64,000 nt of DNA from Candidatus Altimarinota bacterium (lineage in GTDB: Bacteria > Patescibacteriota > Gracilibacteria > BD1-5 > UBA2023): contig JAYRRZ010000060.1 of the NCBI GenBank assembly GCA_041909865.1, positions 2,928 through 66,927 on the forward strand, in the 5' to 3' direction. Made by a program: the position numbers and the translations under genes. Below the pieces are notes generated by a model. The model made no database searches and had not been told where the DNA came from. It was given only the letters and a program-made list of their open reading frames with translations. Shown here piece after piece: positions 43,246 to 53,086 of the stretch. Numbering within the stretch: the stretch's first letter is position 1; each line of letters starts with the position of its first letter.

Positions 43246-43386
43246 ATGATCCTCGCAGAGGAGTCCCTTGAACAACGTCTTTATCGTTATGCAGAAGGGA
43301 TGCTTCATCATCCTAACCCTATAACACGTTGGGTACATCGGAAGATGTATTTTGAACTTTACTTCAGTGAATATTTGGTGAATTGA
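43246..43386 (+). CDS. small hypothetical protein (46 aa)
   Basis: not in ORF track; abuts both neighbours. Confidence 0.35.
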   Translation: MILAEESLEQRLYRYAEGMLHHPNPITRWVHRKMYFELYFSEYLVN

Positions 43387-43387
43387 A

Positions 43388-43651
43388 ATGAACCTCGTAG
43401 AAGCAATCCTTGAATTGCAAAAGCCTGAAAATGTCGAGACAAAGTGTATCCGCCCCCAGAGTTGGAAGGATTGTTATGACCATTTTACAATTGAAGACTA
43501 TAACATTGGAAGCAGCCCGCTTCTTGTCTATCAACGTGTGGAGTATGATCCTTACGAAGACCCCGGTTTTTACATCCCGTATCATGTTGACGAGTTGACA
43601 GGGGAGTGGGTGATGTGTGACATTCCTAAAGAAGAGGATTTTCAAGCATGA
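43388..43651 (+). CDS. hypothetical protein
   Basis: 87 aa. Confidence 0.5.
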   Translation: MNLVEAILELQKPENVETKCIRPQSWKDCYDHFTIEDYNIGSSPLLVYQRVEYDPYEDPGFYIPYHVDELTGEWVMCDIPKEEDFQA

Positions 43652-43833
43652 ACCCCATCCTCCTCACCCTCATCATTGCATCCACTAACACACGCTCCCC
43701 TGCATTTACGAGTGTTACACAAGAGTACAACAACATCATTTCTTGTATGGAAGCTAAATCAGCTATGCTGAAAGAGATTAAGGCTTCCATCAGCATCCCT
43801 GTTGATGTTGTTGCAACGTGTACGCAGAAATAA
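43648..43833 (+). CDS. small hydrophobic N-terminus protein
   Basis: 61 aa, MNPILLTLIIAS. Confidence 0.45.
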   Translation: MNPILLTLIIASTNTRSPAFTSVTQEYNNIISCMEAKSAMLKEIKASISIPVDVVATCTQK

Positions 43834-43918
43834 ATAGGATTTCACGAAATCCGCTATTGCACATGAGAGAAAAGTGTGCAAGAATACAAGCATTCAATGA
43901 ACAACGAGGTAGAAAGAA

Positions 43919-44533
43919 ATGAGTAAGTTTAAAGTTGGGGATAAGGTAAGGCGTATTCAATCAGGTCTTAGTCTCCTGCCCGTGGGCTATGTCGGGATGG
44001 TTACAAAGGTATCTGAAACCGGGAATTGGATTTCTGTAGATAATCTTTCTAATGAGGGAGACAATGTTCCCTTCATTGCGGATTCTTTTGAGCTTGTTGA
44101 ATCTTCAGCGACAGATGTTTCACCCCCTCTTGGCCTCATGCCCAAGAATATTTGGAATGACAAGCTGAAAGAAGCTCTTGACAACTTGGAAAGTTCTTTC
44201 CTCGCTGAACGTAAGGAAGAAGTGCGTCAAGCTATGGCTCGCTATATCCAAGCTGGAATGGATATTCCTAAAGAGTGGGTGGAAGAGTTGTTGGAGTTGA
44301 GTGGAGGAGAGGCGAAGGGAGACACCAAATCTAACTCGGGGGAATGGATTGAAAACACCCAAACGATAAATTGTCATCCAGCATCTCTTACAAGGAAAGA
44401 ATTGATTGAAGTTGAGTATCGCAATGGAGAGCGGGAAAAAGAGATTGCCTCAAGGTGGACATACGGGTGGAACCAAACAGACTACGAGAATTATGATATC
44501 GTTCGCTACAGAATTATTGGAGAAAACAAATGA
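43919..44533 (+). CDS. hypothetical protein with N-terminal FKVGDKV (SH3/KOW-like) module
   Basis: MSKFKVGDKVRR...FELVES, paralogous to the N-termini at 56874 and 58232. Confidence 0.55.
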   Translation: MSKFKVGDKVRRIQSGLSLLPVGYVGMVTKVSETGNWISVDNLSNEGDNVPFIADSFELVESSATDVSPPLGLMPKNIWNDKLKEALDNLESSFLAERKEEVRQAMARYIQAGMDIPKEWVEELLELSGGEAKGDTKSNSGEWIENTQTINCHPASLTRKELIEVEYRNGEREKEIASRWTYGWNQTDYENYDIVRYRIIGENK

Positions 44534-44865
44534 AACTTCTTATTGCTGCAATGTTTTGTGCTGGAATTGCACATGCAGAATTCACCCCCATTCCGTTATG
44601 TGATACTCTTGTCAGCTACAGTATGAAGGGGTACTCCACTAACGTGGACATCATCCTGAAAGAAAAGGACCAGCAAAAGCGCATGCTAATGCTATATGGG
44701 AATGCTTTGCGTGAACGTGGAATGAAGAAGAGTGAGGTGTATTTGATGCTGATGAACACTTGTCGGGAACACAATGCTGTACAACAGCAAGAGAATCCGG
44801 CTCAGGAAGCTATCCCGGAACAGCAACCAGCATTCCCTGTTGAAAAGTTTCAGGCTAATAGCTAA
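44530..44865 (+). CDS. secreted protein
   Basis: signal peptide MKLLIAAMFCAGIAHA. Confidence 0.5.
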   Translation: MKLLIAAMFCAGIAHAEFTPIPLCDTLVSYSMKGYSTNVDIILKEKDQQKRMLMLYGNALRERGMKKSEVYLMLMNTCREHNAVQQQENPAQEAIPEQQPAFPVEKFQANS

Positions 44866-44886
44866 AAGTTATTGAGGAAAAGTAAA

Positions 44887-45162
44887 ATGCTTTCTGAAAA
44901 GTTACAAATGAAAATTAGTTTAGCTGTTTATGCTATGGTAACGACTAATTTTTCGATGATGTGCAATCCTTTTTACCGTGGAGAACTGTTTGAATGGTAT
45001 AAATTTAAGGAGATGTGCGTCAGCAGAGTGAGGTCTGAACTTTTTATTTATTTCCGAGAAAAGACTAAGATTACATCTGAAATGTTAGATTTTGCACAGA
45101 CTGAATGTGAATTTATTTGTGATAAAATGCTACAAAATTCTGGATTTCTTGAGGAAGAGTAA
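44887..45162 (+). CDS. hypothetical protein
   Basis: start at MLSEKL with SD GAGGA. Confidence 0.45.
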   Translation: MLSEKLQMKISLAVYAMVTTNFSMMCNPFYRGELFEWYKFKEMCVSRVRSELFIYFREKTKITSEMLDFAQTECEFICDKMLQNSGFLEEE

Positions 45163-45411
45163 ATGTTTAAGAAACACATCACCATGTCTTCCCTCTCCAT
45201 CGGAGAGGATGGAAAATGGACAGCTTCGCTGCAAGAACGTATCACATTCATTCCACTCCCTTTGTACAAGAATACGATCATTGCAAGTGGGAAATGTGTA
45301 GGGAAGCAACTTGTGCAACCGCACAAGATTGGGTATTCTTCTTCACATCCAGTGAAGCGAGAGAATGTTGTGAATGCGATTGAACAGCAATGGGCCGTGT
45401 TTGCGAATTGA
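45163..45411 (+). CDS. hypothetical protein
   Basis: 82 aa. Confidence 0.45.
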   Translation: MFKKHITMSSLSIGEDGKWTASLQERITFIPLPLYKNTIIASGKCVGKQLVQPHKIGYSSSHPVKRENVVNAIEQQWAVFAN

Positions 45412-45421
45412 GGAAGGTAAA

Positions 45422-45703
45422 ATGTCAACTAAGTTCCTAGCTGCACAAGTGGTGGAATACGAGACTTCTTTTGGGGAAATTAGTCATTACTATGTTTCCT
45501 CTATTGACCGTGAATGTTCTTCTGGAATTGGTGGAGAATATACAGAAACTCTCGTTTGGACTTGGAATGTTGAAGATCAGAAACGTGAGAAATTGATCTA
45601 CCAAACAGGTGCATTCACTCCAAACAATTTGTACAAGCATAAGCGTGTGATTGAAGTGCTAAGTGAATTTGGCGAAGAGGGGTTATTGGAGAAAGAGATT
45701 TAA
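45422..45703 (+). CDS. hypothetical protein
   Basis: start at MSTKFLAA, SD GAGGAAGG. Confidence 0.5.
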   Translation: MSTKFLAAQVVEYETSFGEISHYYVSSIDRECSSGIGGEYTETLVWTWNVEDQKREKLIYQTGAFTPNNLYKHKRVIEVLSEFGEEGLLEKEI

Positions 45704-47410
45704 ATGGCATACCAGAAAGGAAAAGTTATGAAGCAGGCTGTGAAATATTCTAAGAATGAAGTGGAAACTGTGGAGGATGTTCTAAAGTACGGAATCCTTG
45801 AAATTCCAGAGCGGGGAATTTCTTTAAAAACCGCAGAACATTTTGGTGTTCGTACCGCAGTTAGTGAGGCTGATGGAAAAACCCCTATCGCTCACTATTT
45901 CCCTTATTATTTGGATGGGAAACTGGTTGGCTTTAAAAAGCGTGACCTCACTGTCCCTAAATACTCCGAGTCTCACTTCAGTGTGGTCGGGTTTCAGGGG
46001 ACGAAGTGCGACTTGTTTGGTATGATCGCGGGAAATAAAACTGGCGGTAAAAAGGTATGGATTACAGAGGGAGAGTATGATGCCCTAGTTCTCTGGCAAG
46101 TGCTGAAGAACAAGTACCCGTCTGCCAACCCTACAGTGATGAGCATTAGTAGTGGTACAGCCAATGCTGTTAAGAATATTGGTCAAAAACAGAATCAGCA
46201 ATACCTTTCCAAGTTTTCAGAAATCATTCTTGCTTTTGATGCCGATAAGGCAACACAAGAAGAACGAGAGAAAGAGCGTATTGTGAAGGGTAAGGATGCA
46301 ATGGCTGCTGTATATGGCCTAATGCCCGATATTAAATACGTAGACATGCCAGAGGATTATGACCCCTGCGATATGGTGGAAGAGGGGCTGGATGAGCAAC
46401 TTTATTGGCTTGCCATGAAGCCAAAGAGTTATGTCCCCGATGGATTTGTTAAATATGAGACATTCCAAGATAAGGCCAAAGAGCTTCCCCAACTTGGAAA
46501 GCCTTGGCCGTGGCCTACGATGACAAAACTTTCTCTGGGGCGACGGCTTGGAGAGGGGCATTATATCGGTGCAGGGGTTAAGATTGGCAAGTCCGAGTTT
46601 GTCAATGTCTTGACAGAGCATGTTATTTCTCACGAGGGGAATAAGATTGCTTTGTTTAAGTTCGAGGAAGAACCTGAAATTACTTGTAAAAAGATTGCGG
46701 GTAAGATGTATCATAAGGATTTTACAAACCCTGAGAAAGTGATATTTATTCAAGAAGATGGAAGTTTGAAGAACATTTATGGAGAATTGATCCAAGACAA
46801 AACGGGGATGTTTACTCAAGAACTTCTTACTCAAGCTGTAGATGCTGTTGGGGACAATGTGATTTATTACAACAACTACGGGGCTTGCTCGTGGGATGTT
46901 GTAAAGGGGGCTATCCGTCATGCTGTTCTTGTGGAAGGGTGTCAGGATGTAGTTATTGATCCTATCTCCCGCATGGTGCAAGGATTGACAGCAGCAGAGG
47001 CTAATACGGCCCTTGAAAAGTTTGCGGATGAGCTTAGTAAAATGGCAAAAGACTTGGGATTTACCTATTATTGCTTTTGTCATTTGAAATCCCCAGAATC
47101 CGGCCCCGCACATGAACGAGGCGGAAAAGTGCTGAGTCATCAATTTACAGGGAGTCGTGCGATGATGCGCTCCACCTATTATATGTGGGGAATTGAGCGC
47201 AACAAAGACCCGGACCTTGATGAGAAAGAGCGCAACACATCCACCATTGTTCTTCTTGAGGACCGGAAGTATGGGAGAAGCGGGTATTTCAAGGTTTACT
47301 ATAACCCCAAGACAGGAGATTATAAAGAACCTCCAGAGGGATTTTTGGAATCAAGTATTGAAACTTTGGAGGAATATGAGAGGCTGATGGCCGGTGGTGC
47401 AGGTTTCTAA
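45704..47410 (+). CDS. bifunctional primase-helicase (T7 gp4-like: TOPRIM + DnaB/RecA-type helicase)
   Basis: TOPRIM VWITEGEYDAL and AFDADKA; helicase Walker A GAGVKIGKSEF, Walker B VVIDPIS; 568 aa. Confidence 0.85.
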   Translation: MAYQKGKVMKQAVKYSKNEVETVEDVLKYGILEIPERGISLKTAEHFGVRTAVSEADGKTPIAHYFPYYLDGKLVGFKKRDLTVPKYSESHFSVVGFQGTKCDLFGMIAGNKTGGKKVWITEGEYDALVLWQVLKNKYPSANPTVMSISSGTANAVKNIGQKQNQQYLSKFSEIILAFDADKATQEEREKERIVKGKDAMAAVYGLMPDIKYVDMPEDYDPCDMVEEGLDEQLYWLAMKPKSYVPDGFVKYETFQDKAKELPQLGKPWPWPTMTKLSLGRRLGEGHYIGAGVKIGKSEFVNVLTEHVISHEGNKIALFKFEEEPEITCKKIAGKMYHKDFTNPEKVIFIQEDGSLKNIYGELIQDKTGMFTQELLTQAVDAVGDNVIYYNNYGACSWDVVKGAIRHAVLVEGCQDVVIDPISRMVQGLTAAEANTALEKFADELSKMAKDLGFTYYCFCHLKSPESGPAHERGGKVLSHQFTGSRAMMRSTYYMWGIERNKDPDLDEKERNTSTIVLLEDRKYGRSGYFKVYYNPKTGDYKEPPEGFLESSIETLEEYERLMAGGAGF

Positions 47411-47443
47411 ATTAGTTATCACGCTTGACAACGCCCCTTCTAT

Positions 47444-47474
47444 GCCCGACAATGCGTTCGGGCTTTTTATTTTC
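47444..47474 (+). terminator. rho-independent terminator / attenuator
   Basis: GCCCGA-N8-TCGGGC followed by TTTTTATTTT. Confidence 0.6.
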
Positions 47475-47485
47475 TGGAGAGATGT

Positions 47486-49555
47486 GTGGATAAGATCAAA
47501 CAAGATTTTTCAAACCCGCAAGGATTCTGCTATGATGTGGAGTCTAATGGATTTTATTTTGAGGCAACTGAAATCTGGATGATCCACATTAAAGACTTGC
47601 ACAATCCAGCGAAAAAGCTAACTATCTACCCTTTTCGAGATGGCAAGGAAAAATGCAAACAACAGTTTGTAGACTTCTTCGAGCAATATGAGAATCCATT
47701 TATTGTATTCCATTTTGGTCTTGGGTTTGATGCTTTTATTACAAGAAAGTTTCTTGATATTGAATTCAGTGTTGGACCGGACACATTCAATGGTTCTCCG
47801 TGTGTCTATTGGGACTCCTTTTACGCAAGCCAATACATTGACCCTGACTTGAATGGTCATGGCTTGGAGCCTTGGGGCGAGCGACTTGGATTGAATAAGA
47901 TTGAGTTTGATGACTTCAGTCAGTACTCTGAAGAGTTAGATATTTATTGCCAAAGGGATGTGGATTTGAATATCAAGGTTTTCTGGAGAGAGTGGGAAGC
48001 CTTTCGTCAAATGTATGATTGCTCTAAGGAACTCCCTGAGCATTTTCGTGTTGGTCAGAAGTCTCACTATCTAATGTCTTGTCAGGAATATACAGGTTGG
48101 CAATTTGATATTGAAGCAGCGATTGCTTTGAAGCCAAAGATTGAAGCTATGATGCAAGAGATTGAGCAGGACGTTGAGCCTTCCCTTCCTCCTCGCAAGT
48201 TGAAAAAGGGAGAAGAGAAAGAGTACACAATGCCTGCAAAACCATTCAAGAAGGACGGTAGCATTTCAGCATCTATGATTAAGTGGGCAGAGAAACACAA
48301 TGCAACCATTGATGGAAACAATGTGATTGCTTACGGAAAAGAGTACAAAATCGAAGCAGGGAAGCTACTGGATATTCAAATGCCCATGCGACTTGGTAAT
48401 CAAGAGGATTTGAAAGATTGGTTCTTGGAGCAAGGGTGGGAACCTACTTTGTGGAATTATAAAAAGGACGAGCGTGGAAAACCGATCCGGGACGAGAAGG
48501 GTAAATTGATTCCAACCACCCCGAAGATTCAGGAGACAGGAAAGGTTTGTCCTAATCTTGAGAAGTTGCAGGGGGATTTACCTAAAAAGGTTGTTAAATG
48601 GTTGTCATTGCGTAATCGGCATTCTGTGTTGAATGGGTGGCTTGAATACCCCCGTTTGAAAATGGACGGGAGGCTCCCCGCTTGTCGGACTGGAATAACC
48701 CCCACACATAGGCAACGGCACGCGATTTTGGTTAATCTGCCAAAAGCAAGCGATAAGGTGTTACTTGGTAAGGAGTTTCGCAGCCTGTTTATTGCGAATA
48801 AGCTCGTATCTGTTGATATGGCAGCATTGGAAGGGAGATGTCAAGCTCATTACACATACAAATATGATGACGGCGCAACAGCAAGGGAATTGTTAGATGG
48901 GGATGTTCATTCAAAAAATGCCAAGGCTTTCTATCCAGAAGAGACAAAAGAGTTTGACCCTTCTTCTCCTGATTTTGACAAAGAGGCTCCGGGATTTAAG
49001 CCCTATCGTGATAGAAGTAAGAATGGGTATTATGCTGTTCTCTATGGAAGCGGACCTCCCAAGCTGGCACAAGTGCTTGGCAAGCCTATCAAGGATGGAG
49101 AAAGGTTGTACAATGCGTTTTGGGAAGCAAACCCTGCGACAGCAGCTTTGAAAGACAATGTAGAGAAGTTCTGGAATACAACCGGGCAAAAGAAGTGGCT
49201 TCCGGCTATTGACGGAAGAAGGCTTATGACTCGTAAAAAGAACGCCCTTTTGAATATGATTTTCCAAGCGGCAGGCGCAATAAGCATGGACTATGCTATT
49301 TGCTTTCTAGACAAGTGGTTAGGTGGAATTAAATTTGATGAGATGGGGCGTCCGTACTATTTGTACAAAGGAAAGGCTGTAAAGCGAGTGGGATATATGC
49401 ACGATCAGACAGACTGGGAATGTCCTGAAGAGTTGGCAGAGGATTTAAAAGAGTTGATTGAAAAGTCCTATGCTTCGGCGGGGAAATACTTGAAGTTTAC
49501 CGTCCCTCTTGTTGGAGATGGTAAGGTGGGAAATAATTTGAAAGAGGTACATTGA
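47486..49555 (+). CDS. DNA polymerase, family A (T7 gp5-like) with 3'-5' exonuclease domain
   Basis: Exo I YDVESNG; motif B RDRSKNGYYAVLYGSG; motif C VGYMHDQ; 689 aa; GTG start with SD GGAGAG. Confidence 0.85.
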   Translation: MDKIKQDFSNPQGFCYDVESNGFYFEATEIWMIHIKDLHNPAKKLTIYPFRDGKEKCKQQFVDFFEQYENPFIVFHFGLGFDAFITRKFLDIEFSVGPDTFNGSPCVYWDSFYASQYIDPDLNGHGLEPWGERLGLNKIEFDDFSQYSEELDIYCQRDVDLNIKVFWREWEAFRQMYDCSKELPEHFRVGQKSHYLMSCQEYTGWQFDIEAAIALKPKIEAMMQEIEQDVEPSLPPRKLKKGEEKEYTMPAKPFKKDGSISASMIKWAEKHNATIDGNNVIAYGKEYKIEAGKLLDIQMPMRLGNQEDLKDWFLEQGWEPTLWNYKKDERGKPIRDEKGKLIPTTPKIQETGKVCPNLEKLQGDLPKKVVKWLSLRNRHSVLNGWLEYPRLKMDGRLPACRTGITPTHRQRHAILVNLPKASDKVLLGKEFRSLFIANKLVSVDMAALEGRCQAHYTYKYDDGATARELLDGDVHSKNAKAFYPEETKEFDPSSPDFDKEAPGFKPYRDRSKNGYYAVLYGSGPPKLAQVLGKPIKDGERLYNAFWEANPATAALKDNVEKFWNTTGQKKWLPAIDGRRLMTRKKNALLNMIFQAAGAISMDYAICFLDKWLGGIKFDEMGRPYYLYKGKAVKRVGYMHDQTDWECPEELAEDLKELIEKSYASAGKYLKFTVPLVGDGKVGNNLKEVH

Positions 49556-50115
49556 TGGAAGAGTGGAGAGATATCCTTTGTTGTGAAGAATGGAAAGGGG
49601 TTTATGTAGTTAGTTCGTCGGGTGTAGTAAAACGGATTGGCGATGAGTCTGGCCGTCTAGTACGGAAAATTATTGGACCTGATGGAGAGATACCTGAACG
49701 CGACAATGGAAATGGATACAAAATGGTGCAACTCAGGCTAAACGGGAAAATGAAGAATATGTATATCCATCGACTCGTAGCTATGGCATTTATACCAAAC
49801 CCTGAAAACAAGCCTTGCGTTGGGCACAAAGATCACAACAAAGCTAATAACACTGTGGAGAATTTGTATTGGTGTACACATGCAGAAAATACACAACATG
49901 GTGTAAGGGATGGGAAGATTAACGCAAAGAAGAGGGGAACAACTAAGAAGTTATCTTTTCAAGAGGTTTGTCAAGCTGCAATCCTTGCAAACAAGGGAGA
50001 AGGGATTGCTGCAATTGCTCAAATCCTTGGCTTTCCTAGAACAACCATCTCAAGTTTATTCAATGGAAGGAGTAATGCGGAACTTTTTCAATTTGCTTTG
50101 CAAGAATTGAAATAA
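49552..50115 (+). CDS. free-standing HNH (HNH_3) homing endonuclease
   Basis: GHKDHNKANNTVENLYWCTHAENTQHG; N-terminal NUMOD4-like WRDI...YVVSSSG; ATGA overlap with the polymerase stop. Confidence 0.8.
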   Translation: MMEEWRDILCCEEWKGVYVVSSSGVVKRIGDESGRLVRKIIGPDGEIPERDNGNGYKMVQLRLNGKMKNMYIHRLVAMAFIPNPENKPCVGHKDHNKANNTVENLYWCTHAENTQHGVRDGKINAKKRGTTKKLSFQEVCQAAILANKGEGIAAIAQILGFPRTTISSLFNGRSNAELFQFALQELK

Positions 50116-50119
50116 TCTC

Positions 50120-50149
50120 TTGACACCCCGCACAAGGATGTGCCATACT
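50120..50149 (+). promoter_or_regulatory. promoter, TTGACACCCC class
   Basis: TTGACA, 18 nt, CATACT. Confidence 0.45.
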
Positions 50150-50182
50150 TCTCCCATCTTGAACACACAAGCGAGAAATGAA

Positions 50183-50506
50183 ATGTCCCTAGATGTCACT
50201 CTTACAGAAGTGAAGCCAACTGAAGTCTATTGGCGAAACATTACACACAATTTGAATACAATGGCTAAGGAGGCTGGAATTTACATGGAACTCTGGCGTC
50301 CAGAGGAGATTGGTATTACGAAGGCTCATCAACTGATTGGCCCGTTGACGGAAGGGTTGAAACTTCTTACAATGCGTCCAGAGCATTACAAACAATTCAA
50401 CCCCTCGAATGGATGGGGAAGTTATGAAGGGTTGGTGGACTTTGTGAAAGAGTATTTGAAAGCGTGTATTGACAATCCGCAAGCGGATGTTCATACTTGT
50501 CGTTGA
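50183..50506 (+). CDS. hypothetical protein
   Basis: start at MSLDVT downstream of the promoter. Confidence 0.5.
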   Translation: MSLDVTLTEVKPTEVYWRNITHNLNTMAKEAGIYMELWRPEEIGITKAHQLIGPLTEGLKLLTMRPEHYKQFNPSNGWGSYEGLVDFVKEYLKACIDNPQADVHTCR

Positions 50507-50528
50507 CATTTATTTTCACAAATAAATT

Positions 50529-50556
50529 GTTGACACCCTTATACAGTGTGATATGC
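50529..50556 (+). promoter_or_regulatory. promoter, TTGACACCC class
   Basis: TTGACA, 16 nt, TATGCT. Confidence 0.45.
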
Positions 50557-50593
50557 TAGAGAGACAAGCTACTTTTTAGAGAGAGGTGAACAG

Positions 50594-50794
50594 ATGACTA
50601 CTTCCAAAGTGACAGAAGGAATGTACATCCGAACTATTGTCCATGAACCCGGCTATTTTGAGCTTGGACAGCGTGGACAATGTATTGCGTATGCAGAAGA
50701 TGAAGACAGCGTAGATGGATACGCTTATTACATCAAGTTTGATGACGAGGTGTATTGGTATCTTGAGGCGGATGAATTTGAGTTGGAGCAATAA
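50594..50794 (+). CDS. hypothetical protein
   Basis: 66 aa, SD GAGAGG. Confidence 0.5.
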   Translation: MTTSKVTEGMYIRTIVHEPGYFELGQRGQCIAYAEDEDSVDGYAYYIKFDDEVYWYLEADEFELEQ

Positions 50795-51006
50795 TGGACT
50801 TCCATTCTGTTATTTCCCAATTGAAAACTCTTGACGAGGAAATGCTTTCCCTTCCAATCAAGAATATTTCAAATGAGGATTTGAAAAAGCTATATTCTCT
50901 TGTGGCTGAAATTCGAGAGAGTAGCAATCTATTGTGGCGTGTTCCATTTCTTGAAATGTGTGCGCGTGATTTGTTTAATTCTGGCAATACGCCAGATGCA
51001 GCTTGA
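50794..51006 (+). CDS. hypothetical protein
   Basis: 70 aa, TAATG overlap. Confidence 0.5.
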   Translation: MDFHSVISQLKTLDEEMLSLPIKNISNEDLKKLYSLVAEIRESSNLLWRVPFLEMCARDLFNSGNTPDAA

Positions 51007-51118
51007 GAGAGAGGAATAATGAACGCACTTGTATAAACAGCTTTATAAGATTTACCCCATTAAATAGTTCTTATGAACTAAAAACACATTCATTGACAAA
51101 CAAAAGAGGATTCACTCT

Positions 51119-52141
51119 ATGAACTTTAAATTTAATGTAACGAAAACCACCACCACTGAAGGTGGCAGCAAGAAGGAAGTGGATTGGGATAAGCTGCACG
51201 AACACATCATTTCTGCTGCTGGAACGGAAAAGAAGGCACGCTCCATCCCCGGTGCTATTTCTGGTATTTATGATCTTGGTGAGCAAAATCGTGGGGATGC
51301 AGAGATTGACGTGGATGATGCTGAATTTCGCAAGAAGTTCCCTGAATATGATGGCTCTGACTCTTCCAAGAAGCTGATTGCATCCAAGCGGAATGGCAGC
51401 TATTTCAAGGATGAAGCTGGAAAGACGTTCTATTGCTATCCGCAAAAAGCTGTACAGCAAGTGGCTATTGCTGTTGACTTCCCACAAATCCTTGTTGATA
51501 AGGGTCAATTCTTTGGCAAGAGTAACAAGCTCCCGCTGCGTATGCTCTTGAATGGAGAATTCAGCATCAACAAGGAACGCATTGTTGGCAAACCCTTCTC
51601 CATTGTGGAGAAGAAGTATGACGATGGCGTGTGGGCTTTTGCCAAGAATAATGGCCTTCACAAGCTGGCTGATGCGGCAGATATTCTGGACGAGCGTGGC
51701 TATTTTACAAAGGACCGTATTGGAGAGTTGCTTGGCAAGGTTGCGCTATTCAAGATGCGTGTCTGGATGAAGCCTGCCAAGACAGGGGATAAGAAGTTCT
51801 TCACGGAAGAGATTTCTTTGAGTGGTCCTATCCCCGAGGGCGTGAATGTGCCGGAATATGATGAGAGTATTCTGCACGGTGTTAACCTGTATGGGGAGAA
51901 TGACGAAGAAAGTGTCAAGCAGCTTCGTTTGTGCGTTAAAAACACAATTGCTCGCGCAAATAATTTTGAGGGAAGTGACATTCAAAAGATGTTGGAAAAG
52001 CTGAGCGGGAATTCTGGCAGTAGTGGGGGTTCGCAGAACCATTCTCCCAAGCCAGCGGCTTCTAATGTTGCTGTGAAGCAAGAGAAGCAGGAAGAGGTGG
52101 AGCAAGAGGATGAGGACTTTTCAAGTGAATGCCCCTTCTGA
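51119..52141 (+). CDS. putative ssDNA-binding protein (gp2.5-like acidic C-terminal tail)
   Basis: 340 aa; C-terminus QEEVEQEDEDFSSECPF (acidic, terminal Phe as in T7 gp2.5); position within the T7-like replication module; body similarity not verifiable. Confidence 0.4.
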   Translation: MNFKFNVTKTTTTEGGSKKEVDWDKLHEHIISAAGTEKKARSIPGAISGIYDLGEQNRGDAEIDVDDAEFRKKFPEYDGSDSSKKLIASKRNGSYFKDEAGKTFYCYPQKAVQQVAIAVDFPQILVDKGQFFGKSNKLPLRMLLNGEFSINKERIVGKPFSIVEKKYDDGVWAFAKNNGLHKLADAADILDERGYFTKDRIGELLGKVALFKMRVWMKPAKTGDKKFFTEEISLSGPIPEGVNVPEYDESILHGVNLYGENDEESVKQLRLCVKNTIARANNFEGSDIQKMLEKLSGNSGSSGGSQNHSPKPAASNVAVKQEKQEEVEQEDEDFSSECPF

Positions 52142-52163
52142 TAATTAACAATATGGGGCTGTA

Positions 52164-52463
52164 ATGGCCCCTTTTTATTGGATAGAGAGTATGAACTTCA
52201 AAATTAGCTACGACGATGTTATGTATCTTGCAGCCCGTATCACTGACACAGGTTGTGCTCAAGGCGATATTGACATCCGAGAATTGGAAGAAAATCTACA
52301 AGATAAGTTTGGAATTGATTTTGATAACTTCTACGATTTAATTGGGGAATTGGCTCCAATGTGCGGTTCAAGCGTATCTGAACGAAATGGCAAGAATTGT
52401 TGTGGGTTTGCAGATAAGAAGAATGGATTTTATATGGTAAAAGTTGAAGAGGAGAATGAATGA
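52164..52463 (+). CDS. hypothetical protein
   Basis: 99 aa; start may be 52191. Confidence 0.45.
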   Translation: MAPFYWIESMNFKISYDDVMYLAARITDTGCAQGDIDIRELEENLQDKFGIDFDNFYDLIGELAPMCGSSVSERNGKNCCGFADKKNGFYMVKVEEENE

Positions 52464-52464
52464 T

Positions 52465-52782
52465 ATGAGTAATATCCCTGAACAAAAACGTGGTCGAGGA
52501 GCGCCTAAAAAGAATGATCGAGAGGCATTGGATGCTATTTTGAAGAATGACGCCTCTCGTCAAAAGTTCAAGGAAGTAGTGGATAATTTGGTGGATAGCA
52601 AGGTTTCTCTCACATTCAAGCAAGAAACACATACATCAGATATTAATGGAGCGAGTGAAACATTCAAGCTCAGTAAGGGGTATTTGAATGCCTTGGTGAA
52701 TGGTATTGCTGCTGACAAGATTAAGGAAGTGGCAGAGAAGGGAAGTTTGATTGCTGAAACTGTGGAAATTTTGGGGTATTGA
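52465..52782 (+). CDS. hypothetical basic protein
   Basis: start at MSNIPEQKRGRGAPKK, SD GAGGAG. Confidence 0.5.
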   Translation: MSNIPEQKRGRGAPKKNDREALDAILKNDASRQKFKEVVDNLVDSKVSLTFKQETHTSDINGASETFKLSKGYLNALVNGIAADKIKEVAEKGSLIAETVEILGY

Positions 52783-52784
52783 TT

Positions 52785-53084
52785 ATGTGTGAAATTATCA
52801 AGTGGTCTTCTCTTTCTGAAGAGTTGCAAGAAGGTTTTGAATATTGTGAAGTAGACGAGGAGAGTGGTTTCATTGTAGTTCAAGAGGGAGATTGGATTAG
52901 CCAAGGAAAGTATGAATACTGCACTAACGTCTTTCAACGAATTTCAGATGGTAAATATTTTGCTCAAGACAGGTCTCGGTCTGGAAGTTATTTCTCTGAT
53001 TATTATTATAGAGATGCTGAAAATCTTTATGAAGTTGAGAAAAAAGAAGTAATCGTAATTGAGTGGAATAAAAAAGGAGAGTAA
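52785..53084 (+). CDS. hypothetical protein
   Basis: start at MCEIIKW. Confidence 0.5.
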   Translation: MCEIIKWSSLSEELQEGFEYCEVDEESGFIVVQEGDWISQGKYEYCTNVFQRISDGKYFAQDRSRSGSYFSDYYYRDAENLYEVEKKEVIVIEWNKKGE

Positions 53085-53086
53085 TT

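Noticed and set aside
47425-47453. Promoter TTGACA-17-GACAAT upstream of the DNA polymerase gene
   Set aside because: The -10 is poor and overlaps the terminator hairpin at 47444-47463. This cannot be decided from sequence alone.
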